In this document: positions 1-7,944 of the stretch, one piece after another
How the letters are laid out: each line of letters begins with the position of its first letter
Position numbering within the stretch: position 1 is the stretch's first letter
Origin: Lysobacter sp.
Lineage (GTDB): Bacteria > Pseudomonadota > Gammaproteobacteria > Burkholderiales > Usitatibacteraceae
Reading direction: 5' to 3'
Length of the DNA stretch: 46,258 nucleotides
Assembly: GCA_023700985.1 (NCBI GenBank)
Contig: JAMPXV010000001.1
Span: 1 to 46,258, forward strand
The notes under the pieces: model-generated
Database searches by the model: none
Seen by the model: the letters and a program-made list of their open reading frames with translations, nothing else
Told to the model about the DNA's origin: nothing
Position numbers and translations under genes: made by a program

Positions 1-4
1 CCGC

Positions 5-1378
5 ATGCAGATCCGTTTCATGGGCGCGGCGCGGGAAGTCACCGGCTCGTGCTTCCTCGTCGATACCGGGCGCATGCGCTTCGCCGTCGACTGCGGCATG
101 CACCAGGGAGGCCGCGAGGCGGGGCCGCGCAACCGCGCCTTCCCCGGCTTCGACCCCGCCGGCCTCGACTTCGCCCTCGTCACCCACGCGCATCTCGACC
201 ATTGCGGGCTGCTCCCCGTCCTGTCGGCGCGGGCGCCTGCCCTTCCGGTCTACACGACGCGTGCCACGGCGGACCTCCTGCCGGTCATGCTGCTCGACAG
301 CGCACACATCCAGGCACGCGAGAAGGCGCATGCGCGGGGCCCGGCGATCGCCCCCCTGTACGGCGCGCCCGACGTCGAGCGCGCCATGCGCCGCGTGAGC
401 GGCGTGCCCTACGGCGTGGAGTTCCGTCCCCACGCGGACGCACGCGTGCGCTTCCTCGACGCCGGGCACATCCTCGGTTCGGCGATCGCCGAGGTGCGCG
501 TGCGCGACGGCGGCCGCGAGCGCCGCGTCGTCTTTTCCGGCGACCTCGGCCAGCCGGCGCGGCCGATCGTGCGCGACCCGGAAATCGTCGCGCAGGCCGA
601 CGTCCTGCTCGTGGAATCGACCTACGGCGACCGCCTGCACAAGTCGATGGACGAGACCCTGCGCGAGCTGGTCGGCGCCATTGACGAGACCCTTTCCCGC
701 CGCCGCGGCAACCTCGTGGTGCCGGCCTTCGCGCTGGGACGCGCCCAGGAACTGCTCATCCTGCTCTACGAGCTCTGCGAACGCGGCGAGCTCGAGGGGC
801 TCAACGTGTTCGTGGACTCCCCGCTCGCGCGGCAGGCGACCGCGGTCACCTTCGCGCACCTCGAGTCGCTCGACCCGGTCGTCCGCCGCTTCGCGGAGGC
901 GCTCCGGCGCCGCCGCCTGCCCTACCGCCTGCGGTTCACCCGCACGCCCGAGGAATCCATGGCGATCAACAAGATTCGCTCGGGCGCGATCATCATCGCT
1001 GCAAGCGGGATGTGCGAGGCGGGCCGCGTCAGGCACCACCTGCGCCACAACCTCGGCCGCGAGGAATGCGGCGTCCTCTTCACCGGCTTCCAGGCCGGCG
1101 GCACGCTCGGCCGGCGGCTCGTGGACGGGGCGCGCAGCGTGCGGCTGTTCGGCGAGACCATCCCGGTGCGCGCCCGCCTCCACACCCTCGGGGGCCTGTC
1201 GGCCCACGCCGACCAGCGTGCGCTGCTCGCCTGGCTCGGCGGCTTCCGGCGCCCCCCGGCGCACACGTTCGTGGTCCATGGCGAGGAATCGGCAGCGCTC
1301 GCCTTCGCCGGCGCCGTGGGCTCGACCCTCGGATGGGACGTCTCGGTCCCCTCCCGGGAGGAGGCCGTCGACTGCTGA
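5..1378 (+). CDS. MBL-fold beta-CASP family metallo-hydrolase (RNA-metabolising type)
   Basis: 457-aa ORF. It has the HxHxDH zinc motif (HAHLDHCG) and a beta-CASP-like C-terminal half. The frame is G/C-rich at third codon positions. Confidence 0.85.
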   Translation: MQIRFMGAAREVTGSCFLVDTGRMRFAVDCGMHQGGREAGPRNRAFPGFDPAGLDFALVTHAHLDHCGLLPVLSARAPALPVYTTRATADLLPVMLLDSAHIQAREKAHARGPAIAPLYGAPDVERAMRRVSGVPYGVEFRPHADARVRFLDAGHILGSAIAEVRVRDGGRERRVVFSGDLGQPARPIVRDPEIVAQADVLLVESTYGDRLHKSMDETLRELVGAIDETLSRRRGNLVVPAFALGRAQELLILLYELCERGELEGLNVFVDSPLARQATAVTFAHLESLDPVVRRFAEALRRRRLPYRLRFTRTPEESMAINKIRSGAIIIAASGMCEAGRVRHHLRHNLGREECGVLFTGFQAGGTLGRRLVDGARSVRLFGETIPVRARLHTLGGLSAHADQRALLAWLGGFRRPPAHTFVVHGEESAALAFAGAVGSTLGWDVSVPSREEAVDC

Positions 1379-1455
1379 CCCGCCCCTGACGATCCCCGCC
1401 CCACCTGCTATTCTTTGCAGTCGGATGTAACCGATCCCGTAACGCCCGCCCCGCC

Positions 1456-2937
1456 ATGTCCCCGCTCGACCAGCCCCCCCTCATGGAACGCCACGATTGC
1501 TGGCGCGAGGCCGTGCTCACGGCCGGGCTGGCCGTCTTCGACTGGGACGTGCCCGCGAAACGCATCTGGCGCTCCGCGGAGATGCTCTCGACCTGGGACT
1601 ATCCGGACGGCCCCAACGAAGGGGTTTTCGGCGCCAGGGCGGTCATCCATCCGGACGACTTCCCGTCCTTCCAGGCGCACATGACCGAGATCGAGGGCGG
1701 CACGCGGGACCGGGCGACGCTTGAGATCCGCATGCGCTCCCGCGAGGGCGTCTGGCGGTGGGTGCGCTGGCGGGCGCGCGTCGTGTCGCTGGCCGAGGAC
1801 AAGCGACCCTTGCGCGTCGTGGGAACCGTGAACGACATCGACGAGCTCTGGAAGGACCGCGACCTGGCCCGCGAAAGCCAGATGCGCCTGCAGGGAATCG
1901 TCGACTCCGCGATGGACGCGATCATCTCCGTCGACGATTCGCAGCGCATCACGCTCTTCAACCGCGCCGCCGAGCGCATCTTCGGCTACGAGCCCCTCGA
2001 GGTGCTCGGGCGCCCGCTGGACACGCTCATCCCCGGCCGCTTCCACCGCGAGCACCATCGCCACATCGAGTCCTTCGGGCGCACCGGGGTTTCCAGCCGG
2101 CCGATGATGGCGCAGCGCATCGTCACGGCGCTGAGGAAGGGCGGCGAGGAGTTCCCGATCGACGCCTCGATCTCGCAGAACGAGATACGCGGCCACCGCT
2201 TCTACACGGTCATCCTGCGCGACGTGTCCGTCCGGGAGCGCACGCGCCGCGAGCTCGCCCAGGCCCGCGAGGACCTGCGCGAGCTGTCGGTCGCCTCGCG
2301 CACCGCGCGCGAGCAGGAGAACAGCCGCATCTCGCGCGAGCTGCACGACGAGCTGGGGCAGAACCTCACCTCGCTCAAGATGGACCTCGCCTGGCTCGAG
2401 GCCAATGCGCCGCCCGGGAGCGCGAAGTTCCTGGCCACGATCGCCGGGATGCGCTCCGTCCTGGACAGCACCGTGGCCGCCACGCGGCGCATCTCCGCCG
2501 ACCTGCGCCCGCTGATGCTCGACGACCTGGGGCTCCTCGCCGCCCTCGAATGGCTGGCCGAGGAGACCTCGCGGCGGCACGGCTTCACCGTGGACCTCTT
2601 GGTCGACGAGCCGAGCGGGAGCCTCGCCGAGCCCCTGGCCTCGCAGGTCTACCGCATCGTCCAGGAGAGCCTCACCAACGCCGGCCGCCACGCCGCGGCC
2701 AGCCGCGTGCGCGTCGCCCTGCGCACCATCGGCCCGGAGGTCCACCTGCACGTCGACGACGACGGCCGCGGGCTCGCCCCGGAAGACCTGCGCAAGAAGG
2801 GGTCCTTCGGGCTGGTCGGCATCCGCGAGCGCGTCTACATCCTTGCCGGGTCGGTCGAGATCCGCGGGGACACGGGGCAAGGCACCGCGATCCACGTCCG
2901 CCTGCCCATTCCCGTCGACCACGGGGACCCGCCATGA
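1456..2937 (+). CDS. Cytoplasmic PAS-domain sensor histidine kinase (HisKA_3 / NarX-type dimerisation domain + HATPase)
   Basis: 493 aa with two PAS-like segments. The H-box RELHDELGQNLTSL is typical of HisKA_3, followed by a C-terminal ATPase region (ESLTNAGRHA ... DDDGRG ... GLVGIRERV). No obvious transmembrane segment. Confidence 0.9.
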   Translation: MSPLDQPPLMERHDCWREAVLTAGLAVFDWDVPAKRIWRSAEMLSTWDYPDGPNEGVFGARAVIHPDDFPSFQAHMTEIEGGTRDRATLEIRMRSREGVWRWVRWRARVVSLAEDKRPLRVVGTVNDIDELWKDRDLARESQMRLQGIVDSAMDAIISVDDSQRITLFNRAAERIFGYEPLEVLGRPLDTLIPGRFHREHHRHIESFGRTGVSSRPMMAQRIVTALRKGGEEFPIDASISQNEIRGHRFYTVILRDVSVRERTRRELAQAREDLRELSVASRTAREQENSRISRELHDELGQNLTSLKMDLAWLEANAPPGSAKFLATIAGMRSVLDSTVAATRRISADLRPLMLDDLGLLAALEWLAEETSRRHGFTVDLLVDEPSGSLAEPLASQVYRIVQESLTNAGRHAAASRVRVALRTIGPEVHLHVDDDGRGLAPEDLRKKGSFGLVGIRERVYILAGSVEIRGDTGQGTAIHVRLPIPVDHGDPP

Positions 2938-3584
2938 CCCGGGTGGTTCTCGCCGACGACCACGCCATCGTGCGCGAGGGCCTCAAGCGCATCCTCGAGG
3001 GCCAGGAAGGCATCGAGATTGCCGGGGAAGCCACGAACGGGCACGAGGCGCTCGAGCGGGTCCGCGCCGGCGGGTTCGACATCCTGCTGCTGGACCTGTC
3101 CATGCCGGGGAAAAGCGGCATCGAGCTCATCAAGCAGGTGAAGGACGAGAGCCCGAAGCTGCGCGTCCTCGTCCTCACGATGCACGAGGAGGACCAGTAC
3201 GCGGTGCGCGCGATCCGCGCGGGCGCGTCGGGCTACCTCACCAAGGAGAGCGCGCCCGGCCAGCTCGTCTCGGCCATCCGGCGCCTGGCGGAGGGCCGGC
3301 TCTACATCAGCCCCAACGTCGCCGAGCAGCTCGCGCTGGACGTGCAGCCGCGCAGCGACGAGGCCCCGCACCGGCACCTCTCGGACCGCGAGTTCGAGGT
3401 GTTCCAGCTCCTGGTGAACGGCCGCGGCGTGTCCGAGATCGCCGCCCAGCTCCACCTGAGCGTGAAGACGGTGAGCACGCACAAGACGCGCATCCTGCAG
3501 AAGATGAGCGCGGCGTCGGTCGCCGACCTGGTCCGCTACGCGATCCACCACCGGCTCGGCGCCGACCCTCCGTCGACCGGTTGA
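2934..3584 (+). CDS. NarL/FixJ-family response regulator (REC + LuxR-type HTH)
   Basis: Starts MTRVVLADDHAIVREG. Receiver residues are DD, LLLDLSMP and a conserved K. The LuxR HTH reads LSDREFEVFQLLVNGRGVSEIAAQLHLSVKTVSTHKTRI. The ATG overlaps the kinase stop (ATGA). The part of track ORF 1758..3584 upstream of 2934 is a shadow of the kinase gene. Confidence 0.92.
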   Translation: MTRVVLADDHAIVREGLKRILEGQEGIEIAGEATNGHEALERVRAGGFDILLLDLSMPGKSGIELIKQVKDESPKLRVLVLTMHEEDQYAVRAIRAGASGYLTKESAPGQLVSAIRRLAEGRLYISPNVAEQLALDVQPRSDEAPHRHLSDREFEVFQLLVNGRGVSEIAAQLHLSVKTVSTHKTRILQKMSAASVADLVRYAIHHRLGADPPSTG

Positions 3585-3592
3585 GCGTTTCC

Positions 3593-3636
3593 GGTAGGAC
3601 GATTCCTACCCCAGCGGCGCGGCGGCGTCCTACCCC
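3593..3636. promoter_or_regulatory. Three copies of TCCTACC: an inverted pair GGTAGGA-N4-TCCTACC plus a direct repeat TCCTACCCC 24 bp downstream. Candidate regulator-binding sites.
   Basis: Read directly: GGTAGGA at 3593-3599, TCCTACCCC at 3604-3612 and TCCTACCCC at 3628-3636. They lie in the 135-bp spacer between the NarL-type RR and the CheY-like gene. The TACCCC core resembles NarL-type TACYYMT heptamers. Confidence 0.3.
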
Positions 3637-3719
3637 CCGAATCAGCCCGCGCCGATAGTCCGGGGAGCGGCCGCCGCCCACAATGCGGCCATGACCTCCC
3701 GCAACGTCTCCCTCCAGCC

Positions 3720-4106
3720 GTGATGGACCTCTTCATCGTCGAGGACTCGATCCCGGTCCGCGAGCGCCTGCTGCGCACCCTCGAGGGGATGGCTGGCCTG
3801 GACATCGTGGGGACGGCCGAGGACGTGCCGGCCGCGATCGACGGCCTCACCAGCTGCCCGCCCGACGCCCTCATCCTCGACTTGCAGCTGCCCAGCGGCA
3901 GCGGCCTGCAGGTGCTGCGCGCCGTCCGGCAGAAGCTCCCGAACATGCGCGTGATCGTCATGACCAATTTCGCCGCCGAGCCCTATCGCAAGGCCGCGAT
4001 GGCGGCCGGCGCCGAGGTCTTCCTCGACAAGTCGGCGGATTTCGGCCGCGTGCGCGACATCCTGAGCGGATGGCGCGACGAGGCGAACGCCCGGCCCCTG
4101 CACTGA
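3720..4106 (+). CDS. Single-domain (CheY-like) response regulator
   Basis: 128 aa consisting of a receiver domain only. Acidic pocket IVEDS, phospho-acceptor in ALILDLQLP, VMTN, and K in FLDKS. No output domain. Confidence 0.85.
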   Translation: MMDLFIVEDSIPVRERLLRTLEGMAGLDIVGTAEDVPAAIDGLTSCPPDALILDLQLPSGSGLQVLRAVRQKLPNMRVIVMTNFAAEPYRKAAMAAGAEVFLDKSADFGRVRDILSGWRDEANARPLH

Positions 4107-4113
4107 ATTCCCG

Positions 4114-4944
4114 ATGCCCACCCGAAAGGAAACCGCCATGAGCACCGTCCGAGCCACGAGCCGAGCCGATGCCCATCGATCCACCCTCGCCGACGCGTGC
4201 CGCCTGCTGGGGTTGCCCGAAGTCGCCGGCGCCCGCCAGGTCGACACCACGTTCCTGCACCGGCGCCTCAAGGCCGGCCAGCGGCTCACGTCGCAGGGCG
4301 AACCCTTCGAGGCCCTGTACATCGTGGCCGACGGGTTCTTCAAGACCTTCGTCGCCGACGAGACCGGCAACCAGCTGGTGCTGGGCTTCCCGCTGCGCGG
4401 CGACCTCGTCGGTGCCGACGGCCTCTGCAACCACCGCCACGCCTCCTATGCCGTCGCGCTGACCGAGGCGGAAGTCGTGGTCGTCCCGTTCCGCAGCATC
4501 GCGCACCTGGGCCGCTCCCTCGACGACTTCGAGCAGATCATCTACCGCGCCATCAGCCGCGAGCTGGTGACGGACCACTCGCTGCGCTCGCTCATCGGGA
4601 CGCTGGGTGCCGAAGCCCGCGTCGCCCGGTTCCTCGCCAACTTCGCGGACCGCTGCGGTCGCGCAGGCCGTCCCGCGGCCCGCATCACGCTTCCCATGAC
4701 CCGCCAGGAGATCGGCAGCTACCTGGGCCTCACCCTCGAGACGGTGAGCCGCGCGTTCTCGGCGCTGGCCGACGGCGGCCTCATCCACGTCGCCCAGCGC
4801 GAGGTGGAACTGTGCGACGTCGAGCAGCTGCGCGTCCTGCAGAAGCTCCATCCCTCGACGGCCGCCCGCGCCGGCTCGCGCCGCGGCGAGCGTCCGACGC
4901 GCCGCAACGTGACCTGGGTCGAGATGCTGGGCGCCGCGGCCTGA
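4114..4944 (+). CDS. Crp/Fnr-family transcriptional regulator (no FNR-type N-terminal Cys cluster)
   Basis: cNMP-binding-like beta-roll (FEALYIVADGFFKTF ... GDLVGADGL) and a C-terminal HTH (MTRQEIGSYLGLTLETVSRAFSAL). The alternative ATG at 4138 is preceded by AAGGAA and may be the true start. Confidence 0.88.
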   Translation: MPTRKETAMSTVRATSRADAHRSTLADACRLLGLPEVAGARQVDTTFLHRRLKAGQRLTSQGEPFEALYIVADGFFKTFVADETGNQLVLGFPLRGDLVGADGLCNHRHASYAVALTEAEVVVVPFRSIAHLGRSLDDFEQIIYRAISRELVTDHSLRSLIGTLGAEARVARFLANFADRCGRAGRPAARITLPMTRQEIGSYLGLTLETVSRAFSALADGGLIHVAQREVELCDVEQLRVLQKLHPSTAARAGSRRGERPTRRNVTWVEMLGAAA

Positions 4945-4956
4945 CCGTGCTCCTCT

Positions 4957-5012
4957 GGCCGCGCCTCGGGCGCGGCCTTCATGCGAGGCGGCCGGTGCCG
5001 CCTCTTTTTTTT
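4957..5012 (+). terminator. Tandem hairpins; the second is a textbook intrinsic terminator followed by a T8 run
   Basis: Hairpin 1 is GGCCGCGCC-TCG-GGCGCGGCC (4957-4977). Hairpin 2 is GAGGCGGC-CGGT-GCCGCCTC (4985-5004), followed by TTTTTTTT (5005-5012). Both lie just after the Crp/Fnr stop. Confidence 0.7.
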
Positions 5013-5039
5013 CGCCGGCCGCCGGCGTAGGGTCGAGCC

Positions 5040-6032
5040 ATGCAAGACCTCGCGATGGCCCTCGTCGCGCCGCGATCGCCCCTCGAGCCGATGCGCCGCC
5101 CCGTCCCGGAACCGGGGCACGGCGAGGTGCTCATCGAAGTGTCGGCCTGCGGCGTCTGCCGCACGGACCTGCACATCCTCGACGGCGAACTGCCGATGCC
5201 GCGCTCGCCGCTCGTGCCCGGCCACGAGATCGTGGGGCGCATCATTGCGGCGGGCGCCGGGTCGTCGCGCTTCCGGCCGGGAGATCGCGTCGGCGTGCCT
5301 TGGCTGGGCGGGACCTGCGGGCATTGCCGCCACTGCGCCGCGGGCCGCGAGAACCTCTGCGACGACGCGGTGTTCACGGGCTATCACCGCGACGGCGGCT
5401 ACGCCCGCCATGCCGTGGCCGACGAGCGCTTCTGCCTGGCCCTTCCGCCGGCCTACGACGACGCGCACGCCGCCCCCCTGCTTTGCGCCGGTCTCATCGG
5501 CTACCGGGCCTATGCGATGGCTCCGCACGCGGGGCGGCTCGGGCTGTATGGCTTCGGCGCCGCCGCGCACCTGATCGCGCAGGTGGCCGTGGCCGAGGGC
5601 CGCGAAGTCTTCGCGTTCACGCGCCGCGGCGACGAGCGCTCGCAGGCCTTCGCCCGCAGCCTGGGGTGCGCCTGGGCGGGCAGTTCCGAGGACGCGCCCC
5701 CGGCTCCCCTCGATGCCGCGCTCCTCTTCGCGCCCGTCGGCGGCCTCGTGCCGGCGGCGCTTGCCGCGACCGGCAAGGCGGGCGTGGTCGTGTGCGCGGG
5801 AATCCACATGAGCGACGTGCCGTCCTTTCCCTACCGGCTCCTGTGGGGCGAGCGCGTCGTGCGCTCCGTGGCGAACCTGACGCGCGCCGACGGGGAGGCC
5901 TTCATGGCGATCGCGGCACGCACTCGCCTGGACGCGCGGCCGGTCGCCTATCCGCTGGAGCGCGCCAACGAGGCGCTCGAAGACCTTCGGCGCGGCGCAT
6001 TCGACGGCGCCGCCGTGCTCGTGACGGCCTAG
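5040..6032 (+). CDS. Zinc-dependent alcohol dehydrogenase family oxidoreductase
   Basis: Catalytic Zn motifs CGVCRTDLH and GHEIVGRI. Structural Zn cluster CGHCRHCAAGRENLC. Rossmann region GLYGFGAAAH. Confidence 0.9.
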   Translation: MQDLAMALVAPRSPLEPMRRPVPEPGHGEVLIEVSACGVCRTDLHILDGELPMPRSPLVPGHEIVGRIIAAGAGSSRFRPGDRVGVPWLGGTCGHCRHCAAGRENLCDDAVFTGYHRDGGYARHAVADERFCLALPPAYDDAHAAPLLCAGLIGYRAYAMAPHAGRLGLYGFGAAAHLIAQVAVAEGREVFAFTRRGDERSQAFARSLGCAWAGSSEDAPPAPLDAALLFAPVGGLVPAALAATGKAGVVVCAGIHMSDVPSFPYRLLWGERVVRSVANLTRADGEAFMAIAARTRLDARPVAYPLERANEALEDLRRGAFDGAAVLVTA

Positions 6033-6610
6033 CGGCCTCCCGGCTGCTTCTCGCGCGCCCCTTCCGACAACCCCACCAGCACGCCGCTCGCCACGGCCGA
6101 GAGGCCGCCGCCGGCCGGCTGCGGCGCCGATTGCCCCGTCGCGGCGGTGCCGTCGGGCTGAGCATGCCTGAGGAGCGCGATCGCCGACTCGATCCGCGCA
6201 CGCAGTGCCGCAGGGACCGTTCCCGGAGGGGCCCAGCCCTCGCCCAGCGCACGCTCGAGTTGCGCGATTTCCGCGATCAGGCGCTCCCGCTCGTCGCTTT
6301 CGAGCCGCGCCCTTCCCTCGGCGAACTCGCGCGCCGCGAGTTCCATCGCGAGGAGCGCCCGCCCGACGGCTTCCTCGAGCCCGGCCCAGGCGCCGCGATG
6401 GGTCTCGCGAACGGGCGCGGTCGGCGGCACGTCGGAACTCTCGATGCCCTTGCCCACCGTGATGGCGACGGTCGCGATGTGGGTGGCGGTGAGCGGCCGG
6501 CTTCGCAGTGCGTGCAGGGTGAGCTCCCGCACCGCCTCGCGCACGTTCGGCGTGCCGGTCGCCTCGCGGGCATCGCGCAGCAATTCCTCGGCCGAAGCGG
6601 ACCTGACCAT
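6029..6610 (-). CDS. Hypothetical Ala/Glu/Arg-rich helical protein (resembles betaproteobacterial DUF6781-type proteins from memory; unverified)
   Basis: 193-aa ORF with protein-like composition, unlike the overlapping Arg/Pro-rich shadow frames. Its stop overlaps the ADH stop (CTAG). Confidence 0.6.
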   Translation of the reverse strand: MVRSASAEELLRDAREATGTPNVREAVRELTLHALRSRPLTATHIATVAITVGKGIESSDVPPTAPVRETHRGAWAGLEEAVGRALLAMELAAREFAEGRARLESDERERLIAEIAQLERALGEGWAPPGTVPAALRARIESAIALLRHAQPDGTAATGQSAPQPAGGGLSAVASGVLVGLSEGAREKQPGGR

Positions 6611-6686
6611 CGTTCTCCCTCGGGGGCCGGCGCTTCGCGCCGGTCACCCTGACGCATGGAGACTAGTGGAAGGATCCGGCGCGTCG

Positions 6687-6700
6687 TTGAGATAGATCAA
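6687..6700. promoter_or_regulatory. FNR/CRP-family-like box TTGAG-ATAG-ATCAA (9 of 10 match to TTGAT-N4-ATCAA)
   Basis: Read directly. It is nested in a longer imperfect palindrome, CCGGCGC...GCGCCGG (6676-6709). It sits in the divergent spacer between the 6029..6610(-) and 6796..7254(+) genes. Confidence 0.35.
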
Positions 6701-6795
6701 CGGCGCCGGGACGGGCCCGCCGTGCGCCGATCGCGCGCCCTGGGTTACGATTGGGCATCCGCTCCGCTACCGCAGCACTCCTGCCCGAGTCGACC

Positions 6796-7254
6796 ATGAC
6801 CCCTGCCCGCGCGCTCGCCCTCCTCGCCACGTTCACCGCCACCGCCAGCCTCGCCGCGCCGCCGGACGCGTGCGCCGTGATCTCGCTCGACGAGGTCAAC
6901 ACGATGGTCGCGGGCGCGGCCAAGCGCGCCATGCCGCGGAAGTCCGGCAATCCGTCGGAGTGCGCGTTCGAGGACTCGCGCCGGGCCGCGCTCCTCGTGC
7001 TGAGGATCCGCGAAGTCCAGTACGCCGCGGAGAACGAGCTGCAGTACGAGCGCGAGAACCTCGAGAAGATCTACCGCGGCAAGGCGAAGTGGGTGGAAGG
7101 CGTGGGCGACCGCGCGTTCTGGTTCCAGCAGAACAAGTCCGGCATGTTCCGCAAGGGAAAGGTGCTCGTCACGGTCAGCTTCCACACGGAGAAGAACGCC
7201 ACCGAGGTGGACACGATGCAGGTCGCCCGGCTGATCGAGAGCCGCCTCAAGTAG
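6796..7254 (+). CDS. Secreted hypothetical protein
   Basis: Signal-peptide-like N-terminus MTPARALALLATFTATASLAA, two Cys, mixed composition. The track ORF begins at 6751, which is an alternative upstream start. Confidence 0.65.
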   Translation: MTPARALALLATFTATASLAAPPDACAVISLDEVNTMVAGAAKRAMPRKSGNPSECAFEDSRRAALLVLRIREVQYAAENELQYERENLEKIYRGKAKWVEGVGDRAFWFQQNKSGMFRKGKVLVTVSFHTEKNATEVDTMQVARLIESRLK

Positions 7255-7435
7255 CGGTCTCCCGTCCCCGGCCCGCGGGCGCGAGGCACGCGGGATGCGT
7301 GATTGGCCGTGCCTATCGGCCGAATCGGAACAATCTATTGGACCAGAGGGCGATGCCGCCCCTAGGATTCGCGGCGTTACAGTTGTTTACCCGATCGGCG
7401 CCGCACCGGCGTCGTGAACCCACCAGGAGGCCCCG

Positions 7436-7858
7436 ATGAAACCCCTCAAAGGCACGAAGACCCACCAGAACCTCAAGGACGCCTTCGCCGGCGAATCCCA
7501 GGCCAACCGCCGCTACCTGTACTTCGCGAACAAGGCCGACGTCGAAGGCCAGAACGACGTCGCGGCGCTGTTCCGCTCGACGGCGGAAGGCGAGACGGGC
7601 CACGCGCACGGCCACCTCGACTACCTCGCGCAGGTGGGCGACCCCGCCACCGACCTGCCGATCGGCGCCTCGCGCGACAACCTGAAGTCCGCCGTCGCCG
7701 GCGAGACGCACGAGTACACCGACATGTACCCGGGCATGGCCAAGAGCGCCCGCGACGAGGGCTTCGACGAGATCGGCGACTGGTTCGAGACGCTGGCCAA
7801 GGCCGAGCGCTCGCACGCCAACCGCTTCCAGAAGGCCCTGGACGCGCTGGCCGACTGA
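7436..7858 (+). CDS. Rubrerythrin-family diiron protein lacking a rubredoxin domain
   Basis: 140 aa. N-terminus [23 protein letters not shown], diiron ExxH motifs (EGETGH, AERSH) and no C-terminal CxxC pairs. AGGAGG lies upstream of the ATG. Confidence 0.92.
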   Translation: MKPLKGTKTHQNLKDAFAGESQANRRYLYFANKADVEGQNDVAALFRSTAEGETGHAHGHLDYLAQVGDPATDLPIGASRDNLKSAVAGETHEYTDMYPGMAKSARDEGFDEIGDWFETLAKAERSHANRFQKALDALAD

Positions 7859-7888
7859 ACCCGGAGCGACTTCGCGCCGAATGCGACC

Positions 7889-7914
7889 AAGGGGGCGGGC
7901 AACCGCCCCCTTTT
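7889..7914 (+). terminator. Intrinsic terminator/attenuator hairpin after the rubrerythrin gene
   Basis: AAGGGGGCGG-GCAA-CCGCCCCCTT, a 10-bp stem, running into TTTT (7911-7914). It lies 30 nt upstream of the next start. Confidence 0.55.
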
Positions 7915-7944
7915 AGCTGCAAACCCTGCAAGGAAGTCCGTGCC

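Noticed and set aside
4719-6647. 642-aa minus-strand ORF, and similar very long ORFs: 36482..40006(+), 36786..39977(-), 7621..9312(-), 14216..15985(-), 41810..43456(-), 29304..31643(-), 1408..2922(-), 24640..26454(-) and 26430..28646(+).
   Set aside because: Their translations are dominated by Arg, Ala, Gly and Pro, with long low-complexity runs. They lie antisense or out of frame to genes with unmistakable family motifs. Long stop-free shadow frames are expected in DNA this GC-rich.
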